Origin: Amoebophrya sp. A120
Taxonomy: Eukaryota; Protista; Dinoflagellata
Reading direction: 5' to 3'
Length of the DNA: 64,000 nucleotides
Assembly (NCBI GenBank): GCA_905178155.1
Contig: CAJINV010000007.1
Span: 2,027,151-2,091,150, forward strand
Shown: positions 13,401 to 24,442 of the stretch, one piece after another
How the letters are laid out: each line of letters opens with the position of its first letter
Position numbering within the stretch: the first letter of the stretch is position 1
Notes under the pieces: model-generated
Databases searched by the model: none
What the model saw: the letters and a program-made list of their open reading frames with translations, nothing else
Told to the model about the DNA's origin: nothing
Position numbers and translations under genes: made by a program

Positions 13401-16400
13401 AGCACGCTGAACCGCAGGTGCAGCAGCCCAAACGCGTCCGCGAAGAGGTCCTGACTCGCAAACAGCTCCGCGCACGCCAGTCCGTGCTGCTGGACAAACA
13501 ATCTCGTGCGGGCTTGCGACGCGTCACAGCTCTCGATCGATCTTGTAGTGGACAGTGGGAACGAGTGTTCCTTTGTTTTCTGGTCTACTTTCTTTTGGCC
13601 ATCATGATCATCTTCGGAGATCCTGTTTGGCATGAAACGAAGCGGAGCCTTCTCGTAATCTGGGAGCGACGCCGAGGACGAGCCTGTGTTGCCAACATCT
13701 TGCTCAGCTGATGGCACAGTAGACCGACCATTTCTAGTGGTAGCCTCCGCGAATGCTGCGCAGTGTGCGGGAAAAGTTACGCTCTCCACGAGAACCGTGT
13801 CGTCTTGCCCGCCTACGTTGGAGGTTGTCTTCGTTCCCGTCGTTCTTGCGACGTCCGTCATGATCACGTCTCCGCTACTGGTACCGTCGGTCCGGTTGTG
13901 GGTGCCGGCGTTCTTAATACTACCCCCGGAGGCCAGCACACGACCAGGATTGATGTCTGCTAATTGCACCACTTTGCTGGACGAGGTATCTTCGACAATC
14001 AGGTCCTGTTCCTCTCGACCTCGCTTCAAGGACGATGGAGCGCCAACGGTCGCAAAAGCGGTCGTCACTTGGGGATCTCCCTCTCTCCCCCGCCCCTTGG
14101 GAAGCAGAGGGCCACGCTTCCGAAACTCGCTGGCTTGGTCCAGCATGGCGTCAATCCTTGCTAGGTCTTTGTCAAAGTCCAAGGAGTTCAATTTCTCGAG
14201 TTCGTCCGCCGAAAAATGCCTCTCCAAATCTTCTGTGGCCAGCAAGGCCTGCAGCTCTCGTAACCGCTGGTCCGGAGTGCGCTTTCCGTTAGAGGCAGTT
14301 CCTGCGGTTTGTTCTTTTTCATTGCCATTCTTGAGCCTCCTGCTTTTAATACTATCGCTCCCTTCTTGTTCGTCGCGCATCTGCAATTCGGCCTTCGTTT
14401 CGGAAAAAAGCACTTCCAGCAACTCTTCTTTGCTGCTCCAAAGGTTCATGTTCGCGGCATGATCGTGACCAGCAACATCATGCGCAGTTGGATAATCCGA
14501 TGACGAGAGAAGTGCAGTGCTAGGAGCAATAAATGTCTTCAAATTCAGGTTGAGAAAATACCGCACGAGCTTCGCGAGTACTTTTCTCGCGGGTTTCGTG
14601 CACACAGCTATTGGATCGTTGGTCGTCGAGAAGATTTCGCCAAGGATTTCCCGAAGGTAGACCTGCAGAGGTCTCCTTGATGTGGCAGTAGAAGCGGAAG
14701 TCGAATGAGGTCCTGCGCGTCCACATTTTGATGACGAACCTAAAGCTGCCGCATTTAACATTCCTGCTCCTCCTGCTGTCCCTTCATAGTTCGACGTGGT
14801 CGAGGAAGTAGTTGTGTTTACCAGTTTCCAAACCTTGTCCATGAGTTCCTTTTCCGCGGCCGAAATCGCCTCACCACCGGAGTCTCCCATGATAAACGCC
14901 GGCAGCTGGCTGATCTGCAGCCGCCGCGTGTTGTTTTTTGTTGACTTTGATGCAGCGGCCATGTTGTGAACAGCGGAGGAAGACGAGCTACCGCCAGAAC
15001 CAGAAGCTGCGCTAGCACCTCCCGCAAAGCTAGAGCTACCACCTCCTGCTCCCGCTGCGATGCTCGCGCAGACGTCCCGCCGAGCTTCCGCAAACTCGAG
15101 GCAGGAATGGTAGAAGATGTCGACAAGAGACGCTGGCTGTTGGCCCTGTTGGTTCTTGTTATTCCTTGCGTCGCTGTCAACTTGTCCGTGTTCCTCCTGC
15201 TGCGGATCTTGCATGACAACGTCCTCATCGAAGTCCACAACTTCTTCCGTTACCACCTCGTCGAAATTCACACCGTGCTTCGTCTTGTTCCTGCTCCCAG
15301 CGACATCAGTACCTGCACCACTACTACCTCCAGCGTTGACTGCAATAGAACTACTGGCTGCGGCGCCAGCAGCACTGACGTCCTTCGGCAGATCATTTTC
15401 ATCCTCCGCGCCAAACTCTTGTAAATCGATACTGACCAGGGTGAACGGGAAAACAACAGCTTCCGTGTCGGAAATTCTTTGCTTCACCTGCTGATGGTGT
15501 GAAGCTTGCGAAGGTCCAGTCGTGCCAGGAGCCATCGTTGGAAATCTCTCGTCCGTACTGTTGTCCCCATCCTGGTGGCCGCCGCCCGTTGTACCACTGT
15601 GGTACTTGTTTCTCTTACTGCCGTTGTCAGCTGCCGGCGCCACAAAACCCCAAATTGCGTCCAGCATGTTCAGTAACGACAGGCCCTTCACCACGATTTT
15701 CTGCCGCTCGCGCAAGTGAAACAGCAACTCCTGCCGCTTCTGTTCGTGAAACCGCGCCGCGGGCTCGGCGAAGAGGCCCCGCTCCAGTACGTCAAATTCG
15801 ATTTCCTTGATTTTCGCAAATTCTTGAAGCAGCGGGGAGATTCGGAAGTGCTCTTGCTGCTTCCACAGGTCCCACTCCTGTTGCACCTGCGCAAGATGAG
15901 CGGAGAGCGGATCCAGAAGCTCTTCGCCGTCGTGGTCCTCGTTGCTATTTGGTCCGACGAGGACCCCAGCTTGGTGTAGTAATTTTCGCCCAACAGCTCT
16001 TGGCGCACCGCCCGCGGCACCAGCTCCCGCCGAAGCAGCAAGTCCATGATTCGTCAGTGCCTGTTGTTCTGCCTTCAACCCGCGCATCCCCTCGACCAGG
16101 AAAAATTTCGCGGTGAAAAAATCTCCGCGACGCCACGCGCACTCCGCCGCTTCGCAGCAAATTTGCTCCTGGAACTCGCGACTGGTGTACAAATTCGTTT
16201 TCACGACGTTGCGAACAGAGGAGGAGGAACTGCTCTGGCGCAGCAGCTGCTGTTGATAATGGTGCCGGCCTTTACTCGTCTGCAGCAGCAGTTCCTTGTA
16301 GTACAAAATCGCCAACTTGAAGTGCCCGAGCGCTTTGTAGGCGCTGGCGCAACTGAGCAGGCACCCGACGATTAACCCCTGTGCGGTCTGGTGTTTGTGG

Positions 16401-16921
16401 AGCTCGCTTTGCCGCGAGGCGCCGCCGGCCGTAGCGGTGCCTTGCTGCAGGGCTTTCTGCTCTTGGCGGTCCATCCAACCCAGAAGGTCGGCTAGGAGGT
16501 CCCCCAGCCTGTCCAGCGTCACGTGGATGCTTTGCGCTTGCTGCTGCAGTTTTGTTGAATTATCCAGGGGGATATTTTTTCGGTTGGAGTTCAATATTTG
16601 GTCATTGCCAGTACTTGCAGTCGCACCGCCACCAGGTGCGGACGAGGTGGCATAGTTTGCACCAACATGATCGGCGCCACCCTTATTTTCCCCGTCTAGT
16701 ACTTTGTCCCTTTCCTTCAGCAGTACCGGGACTGCAGCTAGCAGGCTGCTGCGGCACTGCTCGTAGATCGCCTGCCACCGCTGGAATTCGGGGTCGTGCT
16801 GTACTCCCCCCGCCCGGTTCCCTTGCGCGGGTACCGAGCCACCAGACTGGTGATTTTGCTGGCCGTGGGCTTGTTGTCTACTGCGCACAGCGGCGTAATT
16901 CAGTACGCCGGGACGCAACAT
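4406..16921 (-). CDS. Very large (>3500 aa) multi-exon helical-repeat protein, possibly Cabin1/HIR3-like
   Basis: Chain of long same-strand ORFs (10934-17020, 10535-10861, 9149-10222, 8293-8964, 8031-8252, 4406-7972). Several junctions join in frame across IR introns. N-terminal TPR-like helices (SAYKALGHFKLAILYYKELL; AECAWRRGDFFTAKFFLVEGM), then VYHILYSLP and WLPFQTARFLAR..VDLYREAA, recall Cabin1/HIR3 blocks from memory only. Junctions near 8230-8320 and 10300-10560 are unresolved. Confidence 0.5.
6253..6364. mobile_element. Introner hidden in frame inside ORF 4406-7972
   Basis: tat...cgatacttttgcacaggata end typical of the TATCCTGTGCAAAAGTATCG family. Flanks cagca/cagaa. Element+5 = 117 nt. 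Confidence 0.55.
7885..8090. mobile_element. Introner-like IR intron
   Basis: tatcctgagaaaaaagaaaaactgtcgcagtcttcaa / ttgatactgagacagttttttcttgcgata. Removal joins the LYSLPDI frame to the 4406-7972 frame. The direct repeat has decayed. Confidence 0.7.
8953..9164. mobile_element. Introner (AAAGTATCG family)
   Basis: tatcctattcaaaagtatcgt / acgatactttatttgcgatgcata. Flanks ctgtg/ctgtc. Join gives FQWDSTHVQKDW. Confidence 0.8.
10745..10979. mobile_element. Introner (TATGAGAGYGCACA family)
   Basis: atgaaagcgcacaactcctccccctcccc / gaggggaagggggacaagctgtgcactctcata. Direct repeat aagga. Join gives ATASLMGPP. Confidence 0.85.
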
Positions 16922-17814
16922 GTTTTGGGAGTTGCGTGGAAAGGCTGATATTTTTATCGGGAGGGGTAAACGCCACGGTATTTTTTCTTTTCGTCGCTTG
17001 CTCTGCTCCTGGGGAAACAAAAATGTAGATGTATTTCCGCGAAATTAAAATTCTAATTGATTCATCACAAACCTAAAAAAACCATAATCGAAACGATACT
17101 ACTTCATTGCCTTGACCAACATTACAACAACACTATATATTTTTGCTATCTTCATTTGATAAAAACTGTCGCTGTGATTGTGATGAGTTTATGATTTTCT
17201 TTCTTTCTTTCCGTGCCCGGGCACGGCATCAAATGAATGTTTGTGATTTTCTTACCTGAAGAAACATCTAGATGGATCTTCAAGTACGGTGTCAATAATC
17301 AATGCTCTTTGATCGAGTAATACAATCATATAGTCGCCATCGTCGAATAGAGGAGGTCTGTACTTTTGAAAGGATAAAAAAACGGCTGTCCGGGTGTGCC
17401 TCGACTAATGCAGAAGATGGAACTACAAGCAATTCAACAAAAATGTCAGAGTCAGTGTATATGAACAATTCAGGGGGCGGAACTTCTAGTCGAAAGCCCG
17501 GGCTAAAGAAGAACTTTACTGTCGTGTAGCACTCAAGAGCTTCGTCTAGAAACGCGACCGAATCGGGAACGGATAGATATAGAAGCTTTTGCTGGGGATC
17601 AAAAAATACATTGCAGAAGGATCCTCGTATGTTGCAAACGGAGAAGAGTCCACGCCAATTCATTTTTCCTAGTCTCGCCGGCCTGAAGATGTTGTAGCCA
17701 AGCAGTTGATGACGTTGACGAGAAGTTAGTTGTATTGTAATAGTATTTTTTTAGCATTAGCTACAACACAATCGTCAATCAAAAATGTTGTTGCTTTATC
17801 AATTATCTATCTTA

Positions 17815-20800
17815 TCATTCACATTTCGACAATTTCTGAATGGAGGTCTGCAGCCGGAAGAGAGACTCTTCCACCACTTTCCTTCTTTGCACGACATCCG
17901 GGTCGCTGGCCATGGCAATCTCCAACTATGCAATGCAAATTTCCTCCACAAATATATAGTACAAATTTCGCCAAGAAGGTAGAGCATACCAACTGCAAGT
18001 GTCTGTCATGTTGAATAGGATTGAAGGAATTTACGCTGTCTTGTCTGTGATGCAGAAGACGCTTTATTTGTACGGAAATTTCCTGTGAATACCAACCGGT
18101 CCTGGTCCATGGACAGCTCGTGGAACGCCGCTTGCACCTTTTGCTGCAGGTCCCGCACCAGAAACTTGTAGCAGAGCATGTATGAGAGCGCACAATAAAT
18201 TTCCCCACCTCCTCCGAAATAATTTGCATAGCAGAACTACATCGCTATGTATACGATTTTGCAAGACAAATGAGGGGGGTCGCGAGAAACCAAGGGGACC
18301 ACGAGCTGTGCACTCTGATAGCATGCAGGCACTGTCGACAAACCGGCCCTGAATGATGTGGGCGTAGGCCAGCAGGGAAACTTGCGTTTCCTTCACCTTC
18401 TCAATGTTCAGATCACGGGCGGTGATGTACGTACTCGTAGTACCAGTGCCACTTGATGTTCCAGGGGGCAGCTGTGACATCCCACCTCCCCCTTCCTGGT
18501 GTGCTTGATCGACGGCTGCTCCTGACATAGAAAACGTGCTTCCCCCCGCGGCGGTGGTCGTGGTTGCGAGGCGGATCAAGTTTTCGGTCGTGATCCCGTA
18601 CTTCTGCAAGTTCCGGGCTTCCGTCTGGATGACCCGGGTTACCTCGTTCGGCGACATGGTGATTTGCGGGTTCTGCTCGAGTCGCAAATTCGCTGCGGCC
18701 GCCGTGGTCGGTGGACCTCCTCCTGCCCCTGACGCTAGAAGTAAATGATCCCCGACAGCTGCGTTGTTGGCGGCGTTCGTCACTGCGCCCAGGCCGTTAT
18801 ACTTCGTGCTCCCGGTGTTGATCAGCAGGGGCGCCACCGCCTTCACGGTTTGGCTGATGTCGTTTAAGATCTCCATGTACCGGTCTTCTTCGGAGACATA
18901 GACCAGATTCTCGGCCTCGCAAAGCTCCAACACATGCTCCTTCGTTTTCTCGGTTTGTTTTTGGATCACCTCGCCGGCGATCAGTTGAAATTCGGATGCC
19001 AGCTTCGGGTATTCCTTTGTGGATTCCGACGCCAAAACACCAACAACGATTGTCATATAGTTGGAGATCTGTTTCTTGCAATTTATATTTATGAAGTTCA
19101 TTTTACACGAAGAAAGTAGAATTTTTGTTCAAAGGTGCTAAATAATCTCCACTCGATCCTGTTCCCCTGGTGCCTTCTTTAGTTTTTCTATTTACGCAGC
19201 TGCAACTACATGAAGTACATGGCATCAACATCAATTCACGAGGAACAGAAGTGCCGGACTTCTATGAGTTGCAAAAAAAAAGGCCCCTAGAAGTACCTCC
19301 TGTATCAGGTGTTTGGCGTTCTGGCTGAGGTGGGGCAAGATTTGGTTCCGGCTCATGTGCGAGAAGACGCTATCGGAAACAAAATTCGGCAACCCGTGCG
19401 CTTTACACTCTTTGAGCAACTTGGCGATGTCCTTCTGCGCCTGCGGGTCGAGAAACTTCGGCAGTCCTTTCCGCACCGAATTGCGCATGCGCGCGAAGAT
19501 CCCGCGGACCCTCGCTATCGAGAGAAACAAACGAAACCCATCCCCATCCATCTTTTGCATGACATCAAGGACACCACTTTAATACGCATGTAGTTTTATT
19601 GCACCATAGCAAAAAATTGGATGGGGATGAAATGGTTATAAAATTTCCAGGCCATACTCGCGGAGAGGTTCATACTGGGATCGTCCTCACGAAACTCCAA
19701 GGCGGAGGCTAAGTCGTACCACTTCCGGTCGATTTCGAAGATGATCTCCTGCAGACGCCTGCGTTTGCTGGAGAAATCCGGGCAGGGCAGCGGCCACTGG
19801 TCCAGATCTTTCTCCTTTTGCTGGATCATCTGGGAGATTTGCAGCTTCACCCGCGGGAGCCACTTTTCCACGGTCTGTTCCTGGATTTGGCAGATTTTCG
19901 CCACCAAGGTGTCCATGCCCCAACAGTGCCGCGGGAACTTCTTGCTTGTTGTGCCAGTAATGTTCTTTGTGAAGGCTCTGTGCGTTGTGAACAACTCCCT
20001 TTCCCGGACCGCCATCTGGTCGAAGGGCAGATTATCTTTCACCTCCGCCGGCCCGCGACACCGGACCCCGACGAAACCAAGCTTGAGTTTGATGTCGGAG
20101 CTGCGACTCATGGTCAACTTCTGCACCAGATCTGAGTCTTCGCTGATCATGTCGCACTTAGTCGCCACACCCAGCGTCCGTTCCCCCTCGGGATCCACTT
20201 CGGAGGCCAAGTTCAAGGCCTCGCAATTTCCAAAATCCTCGGTCGCCGGGATGACGGCCAAAATCACAGCCTGCTCGTTCTTGATGTATTTGCGAATGAG
20301 TTCGACCGTCACGTCGTGGATGTTTTTCTGTGTCTTGTGCACAAACGTCAGCCCGGGGAGGTCGATCAAGGTCATGGTGGGGCCAGACTTATTGCGCACT
20401 GTGATGTAGATCACGTCGTCGCCGAGGATGGTCCCGCTGTCGCGGCCCTCGCCGAGCTTCTTTGTCAAGGCGTCGATTTGTTGTCCGATTTTCGCGAAAT
20501 CGTAGATTTTCTGTGCCTGCTTCTGCTCCGCGTCGTTGCAGGAAAGCAGTGCGTAGGGCCTATCATCTTGCGCCTCCGCCGGATGGCACTCCAGCCGCAC
20601 AATCGAGGCGCACCGCGTGCAGGTGTTTTCCCCCCTCGGAAAATTGATTCCCGAAATTGCCTCCAGCACCGAGCTCTTCCCGGCGGACTGGTTTCCCACC
20701 ACAATCACGCCCGGCACTTCCACGTCTTCGGACTCCAGATCCCCCCGAATCCCTTCGATCACTTCGAGCCGGTTCCTCAGTTTGCTGTTCTCATACGCAC

Positions 20801-21257
20801 GGGAGAAGTGACAGTCCCCACCGACACCCACACCTTTGGTGGTCGTCGAGGCAGCACCCGTGGATCCTCCTGCTGCATCGCCTTCTCGGTCGAGTGCATC
20901 GGATGTGCATTGCAAAAATACTTAATATCGCGCAATCGCTTGGTAGTTTGTAGTAAAAACGTATGTACAAATTTGTCCTCCGCAAGGTGGAAAAAAGGAA
21001 TTTGTGATGCGGATTCAGGTAAGCCGCGACCGCGAGCAAATCTGTCACGCAAGATTCAGTTTGTAACGACTAATGAGTGCGATAGTACTTGTTTTGCAAT
21101 GCATACCGAGGTCGATTCGGACTTGGCTCGGCGAGCTCCGCCCCTGTCCGCTGTCGCCGACGCGGTCGGCAACGGAGCGGCTTGTCATGCTTCTTGAGCT
21201 GCTGGAGCTGGAGGTTAGTACGCGCACTGCGGAGGCGTACTCGGGACTGGTGGACAT
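17815..21257 (-). CDS. Dynamin-related GTPase (Mx/DRP4-like), 6 exons
   Basis: G1 GNQSAGKSS, G2 CTR, G3 DLPG, G4 TKCD. Middle domain NLSARVRGIF. GED AYAHIIQGRFVDSACMLCYKFLVRDL...DPDVVQRRKVVEESLFRLQTSIQKL is only assembled after removing introns 20904-21105, 19516-19656, 19069-19296 (GT-AG), 18181-18320 and 17927-18091. Confidence 0.92.
17927..18091. mobile_element. Introner (TATGCAA..AAATTTCC family)
   Basis: tatgcaatgcaaatttcc / ggaaatttcctgtgaata. Exact direct repeat ccaac. Restores the GED C-terminus. Confidence 0.85.
18181..18320. mobile_element. Introner (TATGAGAGYGCACA family)
   Basis: tatgagagcgcaca / tgtgcactctgata. Exact direct repeat gcatg. Removal gives ACMLCYKFLV. No GT-AG option on the coding strand. 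Confidence 0.9.
19516..19656. mobile_element. Introner (CATCCCCATCC family)
   Basis: Subterminal catccccatcca / tggatggggatg. Exact direct repeat ctcgc. Removal gives NLSARVRGIF. Confidence 0.85.
20904..21105. mobile_element. Introner (TATGCATTGCAAAA family)
   Basis: tgtgcattgcaaaaatac..tatcgc / gcgatagtacttgttttgcaatgcata. Joins dynamin exon 1 to exon 2 in frame. Confidence 0.8.
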
Positions 21258-22229
21258 CAACGAATTATCGGAAGATCAGATCATGTAGACAGACGAGTCA
21301 CACAACTGACGTATACACTACTTAATTGTGTCACTGTAGTGTTCTTGACCAGAGTTAAACATTAGAGAGCACTCGGCTCGTTGAAGCAGGTGATTATCAT
21401 GTAAAAATATTGAAAACGACATACAGACACACACACAGGCAATTGATGTAAGAAAACGACTAGAAGCAAAACCGTCCACGTCGACCTTGGGTTTAGAAAT
21501 CATAATCATATTCAAGATGAAAGTCATACAGAACAAAGTAAGACGGCAGGCACACATCGGAAAAAAAACCTGTCGCAGCGGCAGCAGGTGCACAACGTCG
21601 CGAAGATATATACGTACTTGCTGTTGGACTTGGAGTTGGACTTTCACGCAGCGCGTTTGCTTGTGCTGCTAGAGTCAGCACTAGACAGAGCCTTCGCCTC
21701 TCTTAGAGGAACTTTACCTGCGGTAAGTGACCTGGATCTTGCGGACAAGTAGTTAGAGAAAGGATCTTCGTCTTCGCCAACATCCGATCATCTTGTTCGC
21801 CCTGTGTAGTTATCTTATTGCATTACGATTGCTGGCAAGAAAAAGGAGCGTCTGTCAACAGTTACAGTACCACCCAACATCCTGATCGAGATCTTTTCCG
21901 TTCCGCAAAACCAAAATAGCAAGAGCAATTCAACGATCTGTGAAGGAACAGTACTAACGTACTAAAGCACACAACATTCATACTGAAAAACGTCACTCGA
22001 TGTGAAAAGTAAAACAAGATCGAACCTGTTGGAAAGTCAGTCTTGCGCGGCCCTGAAACATTTGTTCTAGAAACAGAAACTTCTTTGCCCTGTCTAGCCT
22101 GACTGTAATTCAATCAATTAGGCAATGAAAGGAAACACCTGCAGCTGCTAATCGTGCCATCAAGTCTTCATGATCTTCATTCCCGCATTCCATTCATCTC
22201 GTCATCAGGAGCCTGCCCCTTCAGTCGTG

Positions 22230-23730
22230 TCAGTGTTTAAACTGTCCCGAGAAAAACAGAGCGAGGGCGTGCAGAAAGGCTGCACAGTGGCCGTAGACAA
22301 AAAACGCCACCTGCGGTCGGGAAAACCTGGGGTAGCGCTGCAAGAGCAGGTCCACGTCGATTTCCTTTATCTATGAATTGCAGAAGTATGGCTATACTTA
22401 AATAGCAACATTAGATGCTCAGTGCGACCAATGAGATTTGGCATGCCAATTTAGCTCGTCAGAAAAGTCAGTTGCAATTATGTTGCACAATCGCAATTTT
22501 TTACGTAGTGTCTACAAGTCCGCTACTTCTGCTGCATGTGATATCATCATCGGCATGCCTAATCGTTTGTGGTGCACGGCCAGGGCGCCGACGGTCCCGC
22601 CGGCAATCATGTGGTCGGTGAGCGAGTCGATCCGGGCGACGTTGTGCGCCCGCACCACCCGGAACGGGCACTGGAGCAAAGTGTAGAGGTAAAATAGCCC
22701 GGCGAAGTTGCGAAACCGCTCTAGCCTCACCGACCCCGGCATGAAATTCACATTGGGGCTCAGCGCGGTGGCAACCGCGCCGACGAGAATGGCAGGTAGA
22801 ATCCCGCCGACCACACAGGCTGCGGGATTCTGCTCCCCCGGCGGTGGCAACCGCACGCGCTCCACCGGAATCAGGGCGCGCATCTCCCGGTTCGCCTGCT
22901 CGTGCGGATATCCGAAGTCCCCCTGGGGCGGTTTCGGGAAGGGGCCGGGGCCCCCGCCGTCGCTCCTTCCGCTCCATTTGGGCTGCAGCACCGACCCGAA
23001 CGTGGTATGGGAGCGTCAGGTTTGAAATCGTCAGAGTTGAAATGATTTGCCATGCATAAAATGCGACACGAAAAGTGACTCTATTGCAGAGGACCCACGG
23101 GAGGCAGATTATAGTCCTGGTAAGGGTCAAAAGTTGGACTGCTAACTAGCATGACAGAAGGCAGCTCTTTTGCCCTAAACCGCATGACAGACTCGCTTCC
23201 AGGACCGGGAAAATTTGTCATGCGCCGACTACAAACTGTAGGTCTGACTGGTATCCGTTTTATGCATGGCAAACTATTTCAACTTTGACGATTTCAAACC
23301 TGACACATCCATACGTAGGGTGCCGCTGGTACAGCTGCAGCCACTCGCTGGTTTGTGGGTCTCGGTACTGTCCGTTTTGCATCAGCATGCGCCGGTTGTG
23401 CTCGACGATGCGCAGGTCGAACCATGTCGGGCCACCAGCTGCACGAAGATCTTCTTCAGAGGGACCACTTCTACGGGGCTGGTCGTAGTTGAAACTGTTT
23501 GTTGTAGTTATTGCTCCTGTTGCCTGCTGCGCAACACCTGTACTTCCAGTAGTAGAAGAGAATTGTGTGGGGTAGCCGCGAGAGGCCGCTGTTGTTGCAG
23601 AGGACGACGAAGCAGTCGCGTTGTCGAAGTCAATACCACCCGCCCCGGCGCCCGCGTGCCAGATGTTGTCAGAAGCGTCCTTAGAACCGCTGGGGGACGG
23701 TGGGGACTGTGACTGAAAAAAAGACGACAT
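22230..23730 (-). CDS. Tim17/Tim22/Tim23-family membrane protein, 3 exons
   Basis: RFRNFAGLFYLYTLLQCPFRVVR...DHMIAGGTVGALA resembles the Tim17-family TM2-TM3 signature. Exons join in frame across 23006-23313 and 22372-22543. The last exon ends VAFFVYGHCAAFLHALALFFSGQFKH*. Confidence 0.65.
22372..22543. mobile_element. Introner
   Basis: tatgaattgcagaagta / tacttctgctgcatgtgata. Flanks ttatc/tcatc. Frame restored. Confidence 0.75.
23006..23313. mobile_element. Introner (TATGGGAGYGTCAG family)
   Basis: Inverted repeat of about 54 bp tatgggagcgtcaggtttgaaatcgtc...gcataa / ttatgc...gacgatttcaaacctgacacatccata. Flanks cgtgg/cgtag. Join gives HPTFGSVLQP. Confidence 0.9.
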
Positions 23731-24442
23731 TAGCTTTGATAAGAGAGCTACAACGAGCCTGACAATTAAACTTATAGTCTAAAGACATATACTACCTAGC
23801 ATGACGAATCCATTTTGCGCAACCTGAAATAACGTCTGTAAAGAAACACAATCCAAAATGACCTACAAACCTACGCGTTCATTGTCAACTTTTCAAGAGC
23901 GAAACAAAGCACATGAAGCTTACACTCGTCAATTCGTTTGCAATTGCTTCATTTCGATGTTGTAAGGTGATGTTGGCCACCGCCACATAAAACACCACAA
24001 AGCAATGAACTACGAAGAATCGCGGTTTGCTTGACTGAGAAAAAGACGTCAGATCCACAACATGGCTCCGCCGCTCCTCCTGACTGGCTGGCACTGCTGG
24101 TTGCCGTGGCTTATATTCCTATAAAATACACCGGTGAACACAAGTAGATTGGCGCAGCTTCATCACGACGCCAGAAGTGGGGAGAGGGCCTGCTCAAAAA
24201 GGCAGCTTCGGAGGCGGAAGTTGTTCTTGATTGGGGCAGCACTCGTGGTGCTAGCTGGCGTTAAAGATTGGCTCATCAAATACAAGGTGCGTCGACGACG
24301 TAACTATCTTTCTACTAGTTCTAGTACTACTTCCATCGTCCTGCTTGCAAGCAATCCTCTTGTTCCAGAGTTTCCTCGACGGACAGCATACCAACCCCCG
24401 CTGGCACAAGAGTGAACAACCCGCAACCTACTAAACAGCTGC

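Noticed and set aside
10509-17028. Many plus-strand ORFs up to about 260 aa
   Set aside because: Antisense shadows of the long minus-strand exons, with no independent motifs.
18181-18320. AT-AC (U12-type) reading of this intron by sliding within CATGC
   Set aside because: It lacks the ATATCCTT donor consensus, and related family members have no AT-AC option.
21318-22113. Short minus-strand ORFs between the dynamin and Tim17-like genes
   Set aside because: No motif and no supported splicing; probably UTR or intergenic.
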